A DNA stretch of 64,000 bases from Halobacteroidaceae bacterium (GTDB taxonomy: Bacteria > Bacillota > Halanaerobiia > B1SED10-174). The notes beneath the pieces are model-generated. The model had not been told where the DNA came from, ran no database searches, and was given only the letters and a program-made list of their open reading frames with translations. The stretch spans positions 4,598-68,597 of the forward strand of contig PUNE01000022.1 in assembly GCA_003551665.1 (NCBI GenBank), read 5' to 3'. Below, piece after piece: positions 35,295-45,507 of this stretch. The position numbers and the translations under genes were made by a program. Numbering within the stretch: the stretch's first letter is position 1; each line of letters starts with the position of its first letter.

Positions 35295-35716
35295 GGTTTC
35301 TCCCTCCTCGGCAGCAGAACCCGGCTAAAAAATAAAGTTACTGCAATCGCAAGTATCAAGCGAAAAATAACAAGCACGAAGAAATTCGCTCCCACAGCAA
35401 CAAACAGAAGTGTATCTTCAAAAAGGGAGTGGCAGAGAGATAAAAAAAGGCAGATAATCCACATCTCCTGCGTAGAAACTTTCCCCTCTTTTGAAGACTG
35501 GATCAAAACTCCTGCCCCGTAAGAAAGACCCAAGAACTGGCCAACCAGAAATGGAACCCCTGCTTCCCGAGAGAGGTTGAAATTTCGAAGGAAGGGTATC
35601 AGTGGCCTGGTCATTTTCTCCAGCACCCCATACCCCTTTAAAATTTCCAGCACAATCATCAGGGGAATAATAATCAGGAAAATTTTAAAAGCCATTTCCC
35701 CAAGACCCCAGAACAT
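35279..35716 (-). CDS. nucleoside-recognition (Gate) domain membrane protein
   Basis: 145 aa. The segment ...EAGVPFLVGQFLGLSYGAGVL... and the membrane topology are typical of small Gate-domain proteins. Paired with the upstream Gate gene. Confidence 0.65.
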   Translation of the reverse strand: MFWGLGEMAFKIFLIIIPLMIVLEILKGYGVLEKMTRPLIPFLRNFNLSREAGVPFLVGQFLGLSYGAGVLIQSSKEGKVSTQEMWIICLFLSLCHSLFEDTLLFVAVGANFFVLVIFRLILAIAVTLFFSRVLLPRREKPWADQ

Positions 35717-35781
35717 TTCATCAAAAAAAGCCAGTTATACTGCCCATCCTTTAACCTCCTGGAAGGAAAGTAAATGGAAAA

Positions 35782-36195
35782 CTATAAAATCAGGTTCAAG
35801 ATAATTCCACTGAGTAAAGCCAACCCTACCCTGAGGACCAGTAAACTCTTTACAGGAACACCCGCCTGGCGAATAACAACAGTTTCCATGGGCAGGCTGT
35901 GAGAGATGGTAAGCATCACTCCCAGTATCGTTATCTCCCTGATCCCCAGTTCCAGCCCTGAAATGGCCCCAACTGCAGCATAAATATTAATCCCCTGCCC
36001 CAGAATCAAAACCATAACTGCTTCTCCAGGCAGACCAAAAAGGGCCATTGCAGGCTGAAAAAATTCCCCCAGCCATTTAAGTAGAGGGGTGTGACGGATA
36101 ATGGTAATGAGGACATACACCGGGACCATAACTCTCATTAAAATTAAAAAGGTTTTTAGTCCATTGTGCCAGCCCCGTGCAACAAATGTCTTAAT
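35782..36195 (-). CDS. nucleoside-recognition (Gate) domain membrane protein (probable ATT start)
   Basis: ...VPVYVLITIIRHTPLLKWLGEFFQPAMALFGLPGEAVMVLILG... is Gate-family-like. The family-like N-terminus KTFVARGWHNGLKTFLIL lies upstream of the first ATG (36138). In-frame ATT 36195 follows GGAGGGGGAG and shares a base with the crp stop. Confidence 0.6.
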   Translation of the reverse strand: MKTFVARGWHNGLKTFLILMRVMVPVYVLITIIRHTPLLKWLGEFFQPAMALFGLPGEAVMVLILGQGINIYAAVGAISGLELGIREITILGVMLTISHSLPMETVVIRQAGVPVKSLLVLRVGLALLSGIILNLIL

Positions 36196-36793
36196 TATCC
36201 TCTCCCCCTCCAGCCTTGGCTTTTAACCCTTCCAGGTCGTGAATTTTAATTTTTTTTCTTTTTGTATCAACAAGACCTTCCTCCACGAAATCACCTAAAA
36301 CCCGGGTAACTGTAACCCGGGAAACCCCCAGCATGTCTGCAAGTTCCTGGTGAGAAAAAAATATGTATCTTTCACCGATTTCTTCTTCCAGATATACCAG
36401 AAGGCCGGCGAGTCTACCAGAAAAATTATTAAACGTTATATTCCTGATTTCTCTAACCAAAAAACCCAGTTGTTGAAATAAACTTTTTATCAGGCGAGGA
36501 TCAGTTTTTCCGTTGCCCAGGGCTTCTTCCATTTCCTTTTTCCCGAAAAAAATTATCCGGGAATCCTGTTTAGCCTGAAGATAAACCCTGCATTCTTCGT
36601 CTTCCTGGAGAAAACCACTTAAGTACTCCCCTTCAGAACCCAGGAAAAGAATTCGCTCTTTCCCCGCAGAGTTCAGAATATAAAATTTAACAAGCCCTTT
36701 ATCAATATAGGCCAGGGGAGGAGGAGTTTCCTGAAAAAAAAGGACCTCATCTTTAGCCAGATCTCTGCTTTGAGAAAATTTCATTTTTAGCAC
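36191..36793 (-). CDS. Crp/Fnr-family transcriptional regulator
   Basis: 200 aa. cNMP-binding-like barrel plus a C-terminal HTH, SHQELADMLGVSRVTVTRVLGDF. Confidence 0.85.
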   Translation of the reverse strand: MLKMKFSQSRDLAKDEVLFFQETPPPLAYIDKGLVKFYILNSAGKERILFLGSEGEYLSGFLQEDEECRVYLQAKQDSRIIFFGKKEMEEALGNGKTDPRLIKSLFQQLGFLVREIRNITFNNFSGRLAGLLVYLEEEIGERYIFFSHQELADMLGVSRVTVTRVLGDFVEEGLVDTKRKKIKIHDLEGLKAKAGGGEDN

Positions 36794-36844
36794 CTCCCAA
36801 TAATTAAAGGGTTTTCACTAAAAAACTTCCCTGAACCACCCCCT

Positions 36845-36880
36845 GAAAAAAACAAGGGCCAGGATAGAAATCCCGGCCCG
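36845..36880 (-). terminator. intrinsic terminator after fur
   Basis: Minus strand: GGGCCGGGATttctATCCTGGCCC followed by TTGTTTTTTT. Confidence 0.8.
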
Positions 36881-37009
36881 GGAAAAAATCTTTAATTTAA
36901 GCTTCCCCCGATTTTCCCAAAAACAAGCAAAATAAGCAAACACGGAGAGAAAGCCTGACATTAATAACCCTTGGAGAAAGTGGTCTCTTTTTGGCCGGAA
37001 ATTGCAGAT

Positions 37010-37438
37010 TTAATTTCGGCAATGGGAGCAATATCCCAGGTACTTTATTTTGTGGTCGGTAACTTCAAAGCCGTATTTTCTTTCAATACTTACCATAAAA
37101 TCTTCCAGCAGTTCATCGCTAAATTCTATTATTCTATTACATGCCAGACAGATTAGATGATGGTGGTGTTGATCATGCTCTTCAAGCTCATAATAGCTAC
37201 TGGCATCTTCAAAATTCAGTCTTGAGAGAATACCCAGTTCGCAAAATAATTCCAGGGTCCGATAAACAGTAGCCAGTCCCACCGGCTGCCCCTTTTCCCT
37301 GAGCCGATTATGGATATCTTCTGCAGTAAGGTGCTCTCCTTCATTTTCAAGCAGAATTTCCATGATTAACCTGCGGGGGGTGGTTAATTTATACTTGGCA
37401 TGCACAAGCTTATTTTCAATTTCCTTTATTCGAGACAA
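37010..37438 (-). CDS. Fur-family metalloregulator (Fur/PerR/Zur type)
   Basis: TTG 37438, 7 nt behind GGAGGGGGGG, gives 142 aa. The DNA-binding helix region is GLATVYRTLELFCELG; metal sites are HDQHHHHLICLAC and CSHC. The track ORF (to 37525) adds an unlikely N-terminus. Confidence 0.85.
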   Translation of the reverse strand: MSRIKEIENKLVHAKYKLTTPRRLIMEILLENEGEHLTAEDIHNRLREKGQPVGLATVYRTLELFCELGILSRLNFEDASSYYELEEHDQHHHHLICLACNRIIEFSDELLEDFMVSIERKYGFEVTDHKIKYLGYCSHCRN

Positions 37439-37626
37439 TCTGCTGCCCCCCCTCCAAGTGATAATGGAATTCATTAATTTACATACTTTCTCCTTCGTCA
37501 TCTCAAAGAAAAAACCTGCTTTCATAGCACTATTTTATATTAGCAAGAAGGCCAAAACTCCGGGCAAACCTGTGCACTATAAAAACAATAAACAAAAAAC
37601 CCCAGAAAAAAACTGGGGTTTAAATT

Positions 37627-38319
37627 TTAATGGGTAAAAACATGATTGCCTATCCGAATTGCCACGGGGCGTTTAGCAATCCAGGAAGAATTATTCGCAA
37701 TTGCAGGGTTATAGAAAAAGAGCGATCCACGGGAAGGGTCATACCCGACTAATGCCGCACGGGCTGCTTCAAGAGATTTTTCTCCAGGATAGAGATTGAT
37801 TTGCCCATCAAAAAGGATACAAAATTGCCCGTCTTCCATCACCACATCTCGCAGAGTATTGGGAAATCTCGAGTCTGCAACCCGGTTTAAGACAACCGCC
37901 CCCACCGCAACCTGCCCCCGAAAGCTCTCTCCTCGGGCTTCTCCATGGATAACCCTGGCCAGGAGCAGGATCTCCTCCCTCTTAAATTCCGATCGGGAGG
38001 CACCGCCAACTGTCTCCTTGGAAATAGCAGAAAAAGTCTGAGGCCCAACAATCCCATCTACCTGGAGATTGTTGTCATCTTGAAAATCCTTAACAGCTTT
38101 TTCAGTCAGCCTACCAAAAATCCCATCGGTTTTATCCTTATTGTAATACCCTTTTTGAGCCAGGAATTGTTGCAGGAGAGCAACATCCGTCCCCTCCATA
38201 CCTGACCGCAGTACTCTCTCACCCATCTCAAAAAAATATTCTGCCTGAACAGAAGAACTAAGGCTGAGAAGGAGCACTGCAATAATAAGTATCACTTCTT
38301 TCAACCTATTTTTTCCCAT
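37627..38319 (-). CDS. sleB: spore cortex-lytic enzyme SleB-like cell wall hydrolase
   Basis: 230 aa. Signal peptide, PG_binding_1 domain (VALLQQFLAQKGYY...DGIFGRLTEKAVKDFQ) and Hydrolase_2 domain (LLARVIHGEARGESFRGQVAVGAVVLNRV...FFYNP). Confidence 0.85.
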   Translation of the reverse strand: MGKNRLKEVILIIAVLLLSLSSSVQAEYFFEMGERVLRSGMEGTDVALLQQFLAQKGYYNKDKTDGIFGRLTEKAVKDFQDDNNLQVDGIVGPQTFSAISKETVGGASRSEFKREEILLLARVIHGEARGESFRGQVAVGAVVLNRVADSRFPNTLRDVVMEDGQFCILFDGQINLYPGEKSLEAARAALVGYDPSRGSLFFYNPAIANNSSWIAKRPVAIRIGNHVFTH

Positions 38320-38341
38320 TCTACCTCACCTCCAGTACAAA

Positions 38342-38839
38342 CTAACCAGATAAACCCAGTTTCTTTTTTACTTTTATTTCTAAACAGCGGAGAATCTTGG
38401 TGCTGAAAAATTCTTTTTCGGCAAGAGGGGAGACCAGAATTGTATACATTCCCATTCTATTGCCTCCCCAAACATCAGTAAAAATCTGGTCACCTACAAC
38501 AGCTACTTCCCCTGGTTCAAGTCCCATTTCTTCAAGGGCTTTTTTAAATCCCTTCCGCCTTGGTTTTACTGCCTGGGCCCTGGCAGGTATATCCAGTTGT
38601 TCTGAAAGCGAATTTGCCCTTCTAGGCAATGCATTGGAAAGAAGAACAACCTGAATTCCCAGGTTTTTTGCCTGCTCAATCCATTCTCTTGTCTCCTGAT
38701 CGGGAACATCATGGTCCCAGGGTAATAGGGTATTATCTATATCACAGATTATACCCTTCAATCTTTTTTTTTGCAACTTTTCCAGATTTAGGTCCTTAAG
38801 CCCGGGGGCAACTTCATCGGGACGAAACCTTTCAAACAT
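38342..38839 (-). CDS. yqeG: YqeG-family HAD-IIIA phosphatase
   Basis: ATG 38839 gives MFERFRPDE...GIICDIDNTLLPW (DxDxT motif)...VVGDQIFTDVWGGNRMGMYTILV. The track GTG start (38884) sits only 7 nt after a TATAAT box, so it is unlikely. Confidence 0.8.
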   Translation of the reverse strand: MFERFRPDEVAPGLKDLNLEKLQKKRLKGIICDIDNTLLPWDHDVPDQETREWIEQAKNLGIQVVLLSNALPRRANSLSEQLDIPARAQAVKPRRKGFKKALEEMGLEPGEVAVVGDQIFTDVWGGNRMGMYTILVSPLAEKEFFSTKILRCLEIKVKKKLGLSG

Positions 38840-38995
38840 CAAGCATACCCCTTTTTGTAAACTAAAATCATTCTCAGTTTTCACCTGTAATATTATAGCA
38901 TAGATTTAAAAAAATAAAAAGACGGCCCCCTTTCGGGGACCAATCCTGATTCAGGCATTTTTTTGCTCAAATATTCTAAATCTCTACCGGCAATC

Positions 38996-40006
38996 TCATC
39001 TTATCCGGAAAAGGCGGTGTTCTTCGAAAGTTCTGCTGAAATTGTGTGACCCATCTGGATTGGCGATATAAAAAAGATACTCTGATTCCTCGGGGTAAAA
39101 AGCTCCGTGAATTGATGCCCGACCCGGGCTGGCAATGGGCCCTGGAGGCAGCCCGGGGTAAAGATAGGTATTATAGGGAGAATCATATTCAAGGTCCACA
39201 AATAATAATCGGGATTTCCACTCCGGCAATGCATACTGCACAGTAGCATCAATTTGTAAATACATATCAATATCCAAACGATTATGAATAACCGAAGAAA
39301 TTAAGGATCTTTCTTCGTCAATCTGCGCCTCCCTTTCTATCAGGGAGGCAATGGTAATTAATTCATGGATTTCATAGTCCAGCTCTTGTGCTCTTTCCAA
39401 AAGCTCCGCAGTTAGTTCCCGGTTAAATCTTTCTACCATTTGTCGGATAATTATTTCGGGTTGAGTCCCCACTGGAAAATCGTAAGTTGCCGGAAAAAGA
39501 TATCCCTGCAAACGGTAATCAATTTCGGGATCCTCTCCCGGTAAATAATCAAAAGGCAGCTCAATCTTTTCTGCGGCAGAAATAAATTCTTCTTCAGTAA
39601 AATCTCCGCTTCTTGCTGCCAGAAGTCGGGCGGTCTGTTCCAGGGTCAATCCTTCCGGAATTGTTACCCTGTAAGTCAAAACCTCACCCCGGGAAATTTT
39701 ATCCACGACAGTAAATATATTCTCTTCTGGGGAAAATGAATAATACCCTGTCCTCAGGGAATTTTCCACTCCCTGCTGGCGAACGATTAACCGAAATACC
39801 AGGGAACTCTTAATTATTCCGCTATCTTCCAGGATTTCCCCAATTCTTCGAGTTGAAGCTCCGGGAGGGATCATAACCTTTGTTTCTTCATCAAGGGGAG
39901 CACAGATATAATCCGCTGTGAAAAAAACAACGAACATACCTGCTGCCAGAAGCAGGACAAGAAGGGCGGAAATCTTTGCTCCCAATGGGGTTTTGACCTT
40001 GTTCAA
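38996..40006 (-). CDS. mltG: endolytic murein transglycosylase MltG (YceG-like)
   Basis: 336 aa. N-terminal TM then a YceG domain (VTIPEGLTLEQTARLLA...ASLIEREA...SPYNTYLYPGLPPGPIASPG). Confidence 0.9.
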   Translation of the reverse strand: MNKVKTPLGAKISALLVLLLAAGMFVVFFTADYICAPLDEETKVMIPPGASTRRIGEILEDSGIIKSSLVFRLIVRQQGVENSLRTGYYSFSPEENIFTVVDKISRGEVLTYRVTIPEGLTLEQTARLLAARSGDFTEEEFISAAEKIELPFDYLPGEDPEIDYRLQGYLFPATYDFPVGTQPEIIIRQMVERFNRELTAELLERAQELDYEIHELITIASLIEREAQIDEERSLISSVIHNRLDIDMYLQIDATVQYALPEWKSRLLFVDLEYDSPYNTYLYPGLPPGPIASPGRASIHGAFYPEESEYLFYIANPDGSHNFSRTFEEHRLFRIR

Positions 40007-40029
40007 TTGTATCCCTCCTCTGGAAACAA

Positions 40030-40332
40030 TTAGCTTTCTTCCTCGGTTTCTTCTTCAAATTCTTCCATTGCCCTTTCTATTTTAGCCAGCATTTCATCGT
40101 CTTCAACGGCTTTCCAGACCTGTTCTCCATCTTCATCTTTTCCTATCTCAAAAACTACTCCTGTAACTTCTTCTTCTTCCCCCATATATTCCTCTGCGGG
40201 GATCAGGACAATAAAAGTTTTCTCCTCAACCTCCAGCTCACACTCGATATAAAAACGGTTTTCCTTTCCATCCTCCTGCCGGAGAATTACCTGCCCGGTT
40301 TCCTGGTCAAAATCAATAATTCCTTCCTTCAT
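40030..40332 (-). CDS. DUF1292-family protein (YrzB-like)
   Basis: 100 aa, acidic: ILRQEDGKENRFYIECELEVEEKTFIVLIP. Sits in the conserved ruvX-DUF1292-mltG position. Confidence 0.7.
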   Translation of the reverse strand: MKEGIIDFDQETGQVILRQEDGKENRFYIECELEVEEKTFIVLIPAEEYMGEEEEVTGVVFEIGKDEDGEQVWKAVEDDEMLAKIERAMEEFEEETEEES

Positions 40333-40753
40333 TATCCTTTTCCTCCTTTCTTGCTCCCAGGTAGGACTGCAAGATTAAAACTGCTGCGGTTTTATCAATC
40401 AGTCCTTTTCTTTTTTTTCTGCTTAAATCTGCTTCCAGAAGCACTCTCTCTGCCTGCATTGTGGACAACCTTTCATCCCAGGTATTTACGGGAATTTTCC
40501 ATCTCTCCGAAAGGAGCAGGGCAAATTCCTGGGCTTTTTCTCCCATGGGCCCGATTGTCCCATTCATCATCAGTGGAAGGCCAACTACCACTTCCTCAAC
40601 CGAATAATTTTCTCTGAGTTGATCCAGCTCAGCAAGATCCTCTTCCAGGGTCCGGCGACAAATTACCTTTAGCCCCTGGGCGGTTATACCCAGAGGATCA
40701 CTCAGGGCAACCCCGATGGTTTTTTCTCCGAGATCCAAACCCATTACCCGCAA
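40313..40753 (-). CDS. ruvX: Holliday-junction resolvase-like nuclease RuvX (YqgF)
   Basis: TTG 40753 behind GAGGTG gives (M)RVMGLDLGEKTIGVALSD..., the YqgF N-terminal motif; later WDERLST. Confidence 0.9.
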   Translation of the reverse strand: MRVMGLDLGEKTIGVALSDPLGITAQGLKVICRRTLEEDLAELDQLRENYSVEEVVVGLPLMMNGTIGPMGEKAQEFALLLSERWKIPVNTWDERLSTMQAERVLLEADLSRKKRKGLIDKTAAVLILQSYLGARKEEKDNEGRNY

Positions 40754-40875
40754 ACCCTTCACCTCATTTTTGCCACGGGGAACCCCATTTACTATTCCCT
40801 CAATCAAAAATGGCAATTATGTCCTGTCTCTTTCATCTGGACTAAAGCTAAATCTCCTGCAAAGACTTTTAGATT

Positions 40876-40931
40876 TCAGAAAAAACACAAACGCCCTGAG
40901 TCCGGGGTGCAGGAAAAAAAGCACTCCCCGG
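40876..40931 (-). terminator. terminator-like hairpin after ireB
   Basis: Minus strand: CCGGGGAGTGCtttttttccTGCACCCCGG (10 bp with one bulge), with a TTTGTGTTTTTT run ~12 nt downstream. Atypical spacing. Confidence 0.4.
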
Positions 40932-41010
40932 GCCCAGAGCAGCATAAACTCCCGGTTACTCTGAGACAATTGGATTAAAAGCAAATCTTCCCGGGTTTTA
41001 TTCTTCCCAG

Positions 41011-41268
41011 CTATCTGTCCTCAAGGTAGGATCTTACAAGTTCTTCGATCAATTCATCTCTTTCCAGAGTTCTAATAAGAGTCCGGGCGTTTTTATAACT
41101 GGTAATATACGCGGGATCGCCGGAAAGAATATAACCTACAATCTGGTTAATTGGGTTATATCCTTTTTCCTGCAAGGCTGCGTATACCTCCCGGAGGATC
41201 TGGGACGCTTTTCGCGCTTCTTCTTTTTCAACGCTGAATTTTCTTGTATCCTGGTTTTTATCCTGCAT
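41011..41268 (-). CDS. ireB: IreB-family regulatory phosphoprotein (UPF0297/YrzL)
   Basis: ATG 41268 gives 85 aa: [17 protein letters not shown]...[35 protein letters not shown]. The longer track ORF overlaps the alaS 3' end. Confidence 0.85.
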   Translation of the reverse strand: MQDKNQDTRKFSVEKEEARKASQILREVYAALQEKGYNPINQIVGYILSGDPAYITSYKNARTLIRTLERDELIEELVRSYLEDR

Positions 41269-41326
41269 CCTCCCCACCTCTCTCCTCCAAATTTTTCTCT
41301 TACCATAGTATTCGTTATTCCTACCC

Positions 41327-43972
41327 CTATTCCTTCTGTAGAAACTTTTCCAGTTCTGCAAGAGCCAGGTTGATTTTTTCAGGCTCTGGACCACCAGCCT
41401 GGGCCATATCCGGACGGCCTCCGCCGCCACCTCCTATGACTTTAGCAAGTTTTCCAGCAAGTTTCCCCGCATGCAGGGCTTTTTCTTCCAGGAGGTCTGG
41501 AGTCAGCATAACCAAAAGGTGCCCTTTTCCCTTTTGTTCCGCAGCCAGAAAAATCAGGCCGCTGGAAAGCCGATCTTTAATCATATCTCCAAGCTGGCGC
41601 ATTTCGTTTGGACCATCTACTTCCACACGACTCCTGATAACAGGAACTCCACCTATTACCTCTTTCTTTTCAGCAAGTTCTCTGGCCTGGTCTGCCAAAG
41701 AAAAACTCTGTGCCTTTTTCAGTTTGTTCTGCAAACCTTCCTTCTCTTCCAGTATTTGTTCAATTCTCTTTTCCAGTTCATCAGGCCGGGCCTTAATTTT
41801 TTCGGCCATTTTCCGCAGGCGATCTTCCTGTTGGAAAAAATAATTTAGGGCGTTGAACCCCGTGATTGCTTCAATTCTCCTGATCCCAGCTGCAATTCCT
41901 GCCTCGGAAATTATTTTTATTGGTCCCATCTCTCCTGTTGCCTTCAGATGGGTTCCTCCGCAGAGTTCCTGGCTGTAGCCAGGTCCAATATTAATCAGGC
42001 GAACCCGGGATTGGTATTTCTCTTCAAAAATGGCAAGGGCTCCTCGTTCCCTGGCTTCCCCAAGAGTCATATATTCAGCTTTTACATCAAGATTCTTCAG
42101 TACCTGCTTGTTGATTTCCTTTTCGATTTCCTCTATTTCTGAAGAACCTAATCCCCTGAAATGGGAAAAATCAAACCGTAACCTTTTGGGGTCAACAAGC
42201 GATCCTGCCTGCTGAACATGAGTTCCCAGAACCCTGCGCAAAGCCTGATGTAATAGGTGAGTTGCGGTGTGGTTGCGGGCAGTTGCCAGCCTTTTTTCTT
42301 CATTTACCTCAAGTTTTACCTGGTTACCAACCCTGATTTCTCCTTCCAGTATTTCTATTTCATGGAAGATTAATTCATTGTGCTGGTGGGTATCAGTTAT
42401 TTTTCCCCTGCCGCCAGAAGCATAAAGGAAACCCTTATCACCGATCTGCCCACCTCCCTCCGGGTAAAAGGGAGTTCTGTCAACAATTAAAAACCCCATT
42501 TCTCCCGCCTTCAGTTCCTTTTTTAAGCCCTGGGAAGCAGCAATTTCCTGAACCCGGGCTTCTGCTGAAAGGGTATCGTAACCTGTAAATTCGGTTGCCT
42601 TTAGTTCCCTTGACAGTTTTTCCAGTTCAATATCTCTGCGGTCACCAAAACCAAGTTTTTTGTGAGCCTGGGCTTTGCGCGCTCTTTCCCTCTGTTTTTC
42701 CATTTCGGAATTAAATCCTTCTTCATCAACCTCAAGACCTTCTTCATACAGTGCATCACGGGTAAGGTCAAGTGGAAAACCAAAGGTATCATAGAGCTTA
42801 AAAGCATCTTCCCCCGGCAGGATTTGCTGGTCTTCCGATTGCAGCCTTTTAATATATCCTTCCAGAATTTCCAGACCCTGTTCAATTGTCTCGGCGAAAC
42901 GCTCCTCTTCAATTTTTGTTATCTGTCCTATATATTCCTCTTTTTCTACCAGTTCTGGGTATGCATCACCCATAACCTCCTTGACCAGGGGAACCATTTC
43001 AAATAAAAAGGGATCAGTTAAGCCCAGGTGACGGCCAAACCTGGCGGCCCGCCTCAAAATCATGCGAATTACATAACCCCGGCCTTCGTTGGAGGGAAGA
43101 GCCCCGTCGCCAAGGGCAAAAACAATCCCTCGAATATGGTCAGCAATCACCCGGAAAGCCATTTTTTCCTTTCCTTCGCTTTTTTCATAAGAGAGCCCGG
43201 ATTTTTTTTCCAGGAATTTTATATAAGGAAAGAACAGATCTGTTTCATAATTACTCTCAGTCTCCTGTAAAACCGAAGCAATTCTTTCCAGACCTAGCCC
43301 TGTATCTATATTTTTGCTGGGCAGGGTTTTGTATGAACCATCATCTTTTTTATCAAACTGGGTAAAAACCAGATTCCAGAGTTCAAGGAATCTGTCACAA
43401 TCACAGCCCAGGGTGCAGTCCGGCCCACAGCTAAATTCCTCCCCTCGATCCCAGTGGATCTCACTGCAGGGCCCGCATGGCCCCAGGCCAATTTCCCAGA
43501 AATTATCTTCTTTGCCCAGAAAAGCAATTTTTTCTTCAGGAACCCCAATTTCCCTTCGCCATATTTCAAAAGCTTCCTGATCTTCCTCATAAACAGAAAC
43601 CCATAATTTTTCGGGATCCATTTCCAAACAGTCAGTGAAAAATTCCCAGGCCCATTTTATGGCCTCGGTTTTGAAATAATCTCCAAAGGAAAAATTGCCC
43701 AGCATTTCCAGAAAAGTGTGATGTCTGAGGGTGCGCCCAACATTTTCAATATCATTGGTGCGGATACATTTTTGCACCGTAGCCATCCTGGGATGAGGAG
43801 GCTTTTTACTCCCGTCAAAAAATGGCTTTAAAGGTGTCATCCCCGCGTTAATCCATAAAAGTGTGGGATCATCCTGGGGTATGAGGGGAGCACTTTCCCA
43901 GATCAGATGATCTTTCTCAGCGAAAAAATCTAAAAATAGTTTTCTTATTTCAGAGCCAGACAGCTTTTTCAT
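41327..43972 (-). CDS. alaS: alanine--tRNA ligase
   Basis: ~881 aa: [17 protein letters not shown], editing-domain HTATHLLH, and a C-terminal [14 protein letters not shown] (DHHA1). ATG 43972 lies 8 nt behind GGAGG. Confidence 0.95.
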   Translation of the reverse strand: MKKLSGSEIRKLFLDFFAEKDHLIWESAPLIPQDDPTLLWINAGMTPLKPFFDGSKKPPHPRMATVQKCIRTNDIENVGRTLRHHTFLEMLGNFSFGDYFKTEAIKWAWEFFTDCLEMDPEKLWVSVYEEDQEAFEIWRREIGVPEEKIAFLGKEDNFWEIGLGPCGPCSEIHWDRGEEFSCGPDCTLGCDCDRFLELWNLVFTQFDKKDDGSYKTLPSKNIDTGLGLERIASVLQETESNYETDLFFPYIKFLEKKSGLSYEKSEGKEKMAFRVIADHIRGIVFALGDGALPSNEGRGYVIRMILRRAARFGRHLGLTDPFLFEMVPLVKEVMGDAYPELVEKEEYIGQITKIEEERFAETIEQGLEILEGYIKRLQSEDQQILPGEDAFKLYDTFGFPLDLTRDALYEEGLEVDEEGFNSEMEKQRERARKAQAHKKLGFGDRRDIELEKLSRELKATEFTGYDTLSAEARVQEIAASQGLKKELKAGEMGFLIVDRTPFYPEGGGQIGDKGFLYASGGRGKITDTHQHNELIFHEIEILEGEIRVGNQVKLEVNEEKRLATARNHTATHLLHQALRRVLGTHVQQAGSLVDPKRLRFDFSHFRGLGSSEIEEIEKEINKQVLKNLDVKAEYMTLGEARERGALAIFEEKYQSRVRLINIGPGYSQELCGGTHLKATGEMGPIKIISEAGIAAGIRRIEAITGFNALNYFFQQEDRLRKMAEKIKARPDELEKRIEQILEEKEGLQNKLKKAQSFSLADQARELAEKKEVIGGVPVIRSRVEVDGPNEMRQLGDMIKDRLSSGLIFLAAEQKGKGHLLVMLTPDLLEEKALHAGKLAGKLAKVIGGGGGGRPDMAQAGGPEPEKINLALAELEKFLQKE

Positions 43973-43984
43973 GGCCAAAACCTC

Positions 43985-44215
43985 CTGTTTTAAAATATAA
44001 AAAAAGCCCTTCCCTGGTCAGGGGCGAGGACTTTCCCGCGGTACCACCCTGTTTTACTTCTGCAAGCAGAAGCCTCTGGGGTTTTAACGCAACCCAAACG
44101 ACAGAATTATTTTCTGCAGCTCCAGGAGGGCCCGACCGGAAAAGCAGGAACCTTGCACCAACCGGTTCCTCTCTGCAATTACTTTTCTCGACCTTCTTTC
44201 CCTTCATTGCTTTTA
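43985..44215 (-). promoter_or_regulatory. T-box riboswitch leader (tRNA-Ala) of alaS
   Basis: Minus strand: stem I AGAGAGGAACCGGTTGGTGCAAGGTTCC; T-box sequence AACAGGGTGGTACCGCGGGAAAG (plus coordinates 44035-44053); then a GC hairpin plus TTTTTTT just before the alaS SD. The specifier is tentatively GCU at 44118-44120. Confidence 0.8.
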
Positions 44216-44228
44216 ACTTAGAACAATA

Positions 44229-45344
44229 TTACCTCAAATCCCCCGAGTTTGTCAAGGATTTAACTTTCATCTGGGGTTGGGGCCCAGAAAAATCCCGATA
44301 AACAAGCCATTCCTGGTCAGGAGATATTCTGGGGAACCCCGCCTCTTTATACTCTTTTTTTATTTCTCCGGAAGCAGTATCAATGCCAATTAATTGAAAA
44401 TCCCCATCATCATCTATCCGGGTGACCCAGATCAGGTTTTCAAACAACTCTCCCTGGAGAGGATAGCCTGAATTTTTCTGTTTCCACAATTCCTGGTCTC
44501 CCATTCTATCCAGAGCCATTAACCACTTTTTCTGATTTAAGTCAACGTCAAACCGGGCCAGGAAAAGCTGGGTTTCCATGGCATCGTCATCCCATTCAAC
44601 AAAGAAAACCAGGATCTGTGCTTCCTCCAGAAAGTGAAAACCAATTATTTGCTCCGAGTCGGGAACCTCCCAGTAAAGCTCTTTTTCTTCTCCTGGTTCA
44701 ACCTGGTACAGACGTTGACCTCCAAAAGTAAGAGTGCCAAAGGCAAATTCTTCAACATAAAAAAACCTGCCCTGTTTGTCCCACCCAATTTTCCCCGTTT
44801 TATAATTCTGGCCAAATTCATAATCAGTTGTTTGCTTTTTTGCCAAGGTTTCCAGATCCAAAAGGAAGGCATTCGTGGGTAGCTCCCATTCAGCAAATGT
44901 GGTGAAGGCCATTTTCTTCAGGTCGGGGGAAAACAAAGCCTGGGCATTTGTCCCAGCCTCCTCAATTTCAAACTGGGTTTCTCCCGAAAAATCAATAAGC
45001 CGGATTTTATCACCTTCTTTAATTGCCAGATATTCTTTTTCCACGGCAATGTCCAGAATCTCCAGCTCTAACCGCCATCCCCCGGCGGAAAATATTTCCT
45101 CACTTTCATTACTAAAGGGGTTGAATTTATAAATCCGGGTTTCTGTCTCTCCCTCATTTGCCCGGGCAAACAGAGACAAAAATAAATTTTCATCATCAAT
45201 CCACCGGACATCCCTGATCTCTCCCTCCCAGGGTGGAGTGAGAGTAAAAACGTCTGGTTCTCTGAAAAGATCAAAAACAAAGACTAAAATGACCCCGATT
45301 ATTACCAGGCCAAGTAATATATATAAGGCTTTTCTTTTTCCCAT
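44229..45344 (-). CDS. hypothetical membrane-anchored protein with PD40/beta-propeller-like repeats
   Basis: ATG 45344 behind GGGAGGTG gives MGKRKALYILLGLVIIGVILVFVF... Later FSPDLKKMAF and ISPDQEWLVY resemble PD40 repeats. Confidence 0.5.
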   Translation of the reverse strand: MGKRKALYILLGLVIIGVILVFVFDLFREPDVFTLTPPWEGEIRDVRWIDDENLFLSLFARANEGETETRIYKFNPFSNESEEIFSAGGWRLELEILDIAVEKEYLAIKEGDKIRLIDFSGETQFEIEEAGTNAQALFSPDLKKMAFTTFAEWELPTNAFLLDLETLAKKQTTDYEFGQNYKTGKIGWDKQGRFFYVEEFAFGTLTFGGQRLYQVEPGEEKELYWEVPDSEQIIGFHFLEEAQILVFFVEWDDDAMETQLFLARFDVDLNQKKWLMALDRMGDQELWKQKNSGYPLQGELFENLIWVTRIDDDGDFQLIGIDTASGEIKKEYKEAGFPRISPDQEWLVYRDFSGPQPQMKVKSLTNSGDLR

Positions 45345-45507
45345 GAATTCACCTCCCTTGTTTTTTAATTCCCCAACTATCATAAAATTCCTTTTCCTAT
45401 AGCCTCAAACCCTTATCATTTTGCCACAAAAAACCCCTAAAGGTAATGGGTTTTATCCAAAACCCTAAACCTTCAGGGGAAGATTTCCGAAAATCTTACA
45501 ATTACTT

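Noticed and set aside
40817-41010. 42-codon minus-strand ORF (MLLWARGVLFFLHPGLRAF...) in the ireB-ruvX spacer, and the 82-aa plus-strand ORF 40716-40964
   Set aside because: Neither has an SD. The region is better explained by the ireB terminator-like hairpin (40902-40931) and the ruvX promoter.
41269-41430. N-terminal 54 codons of the 139-aa track ORF containing ireB
   Set aside because: It overlaps the alaS 3' end in another frame and is Arg/Trp-rich nonsense. IreB homology starts at ATG 41268, which has a strong SD.
43950-44207. 85-aa minus-strand ORF upstream of alaS
   Set aside because: It lies entirely within the Ala T-box leader (stem I, T-box sequence, terminator) and has no SD.
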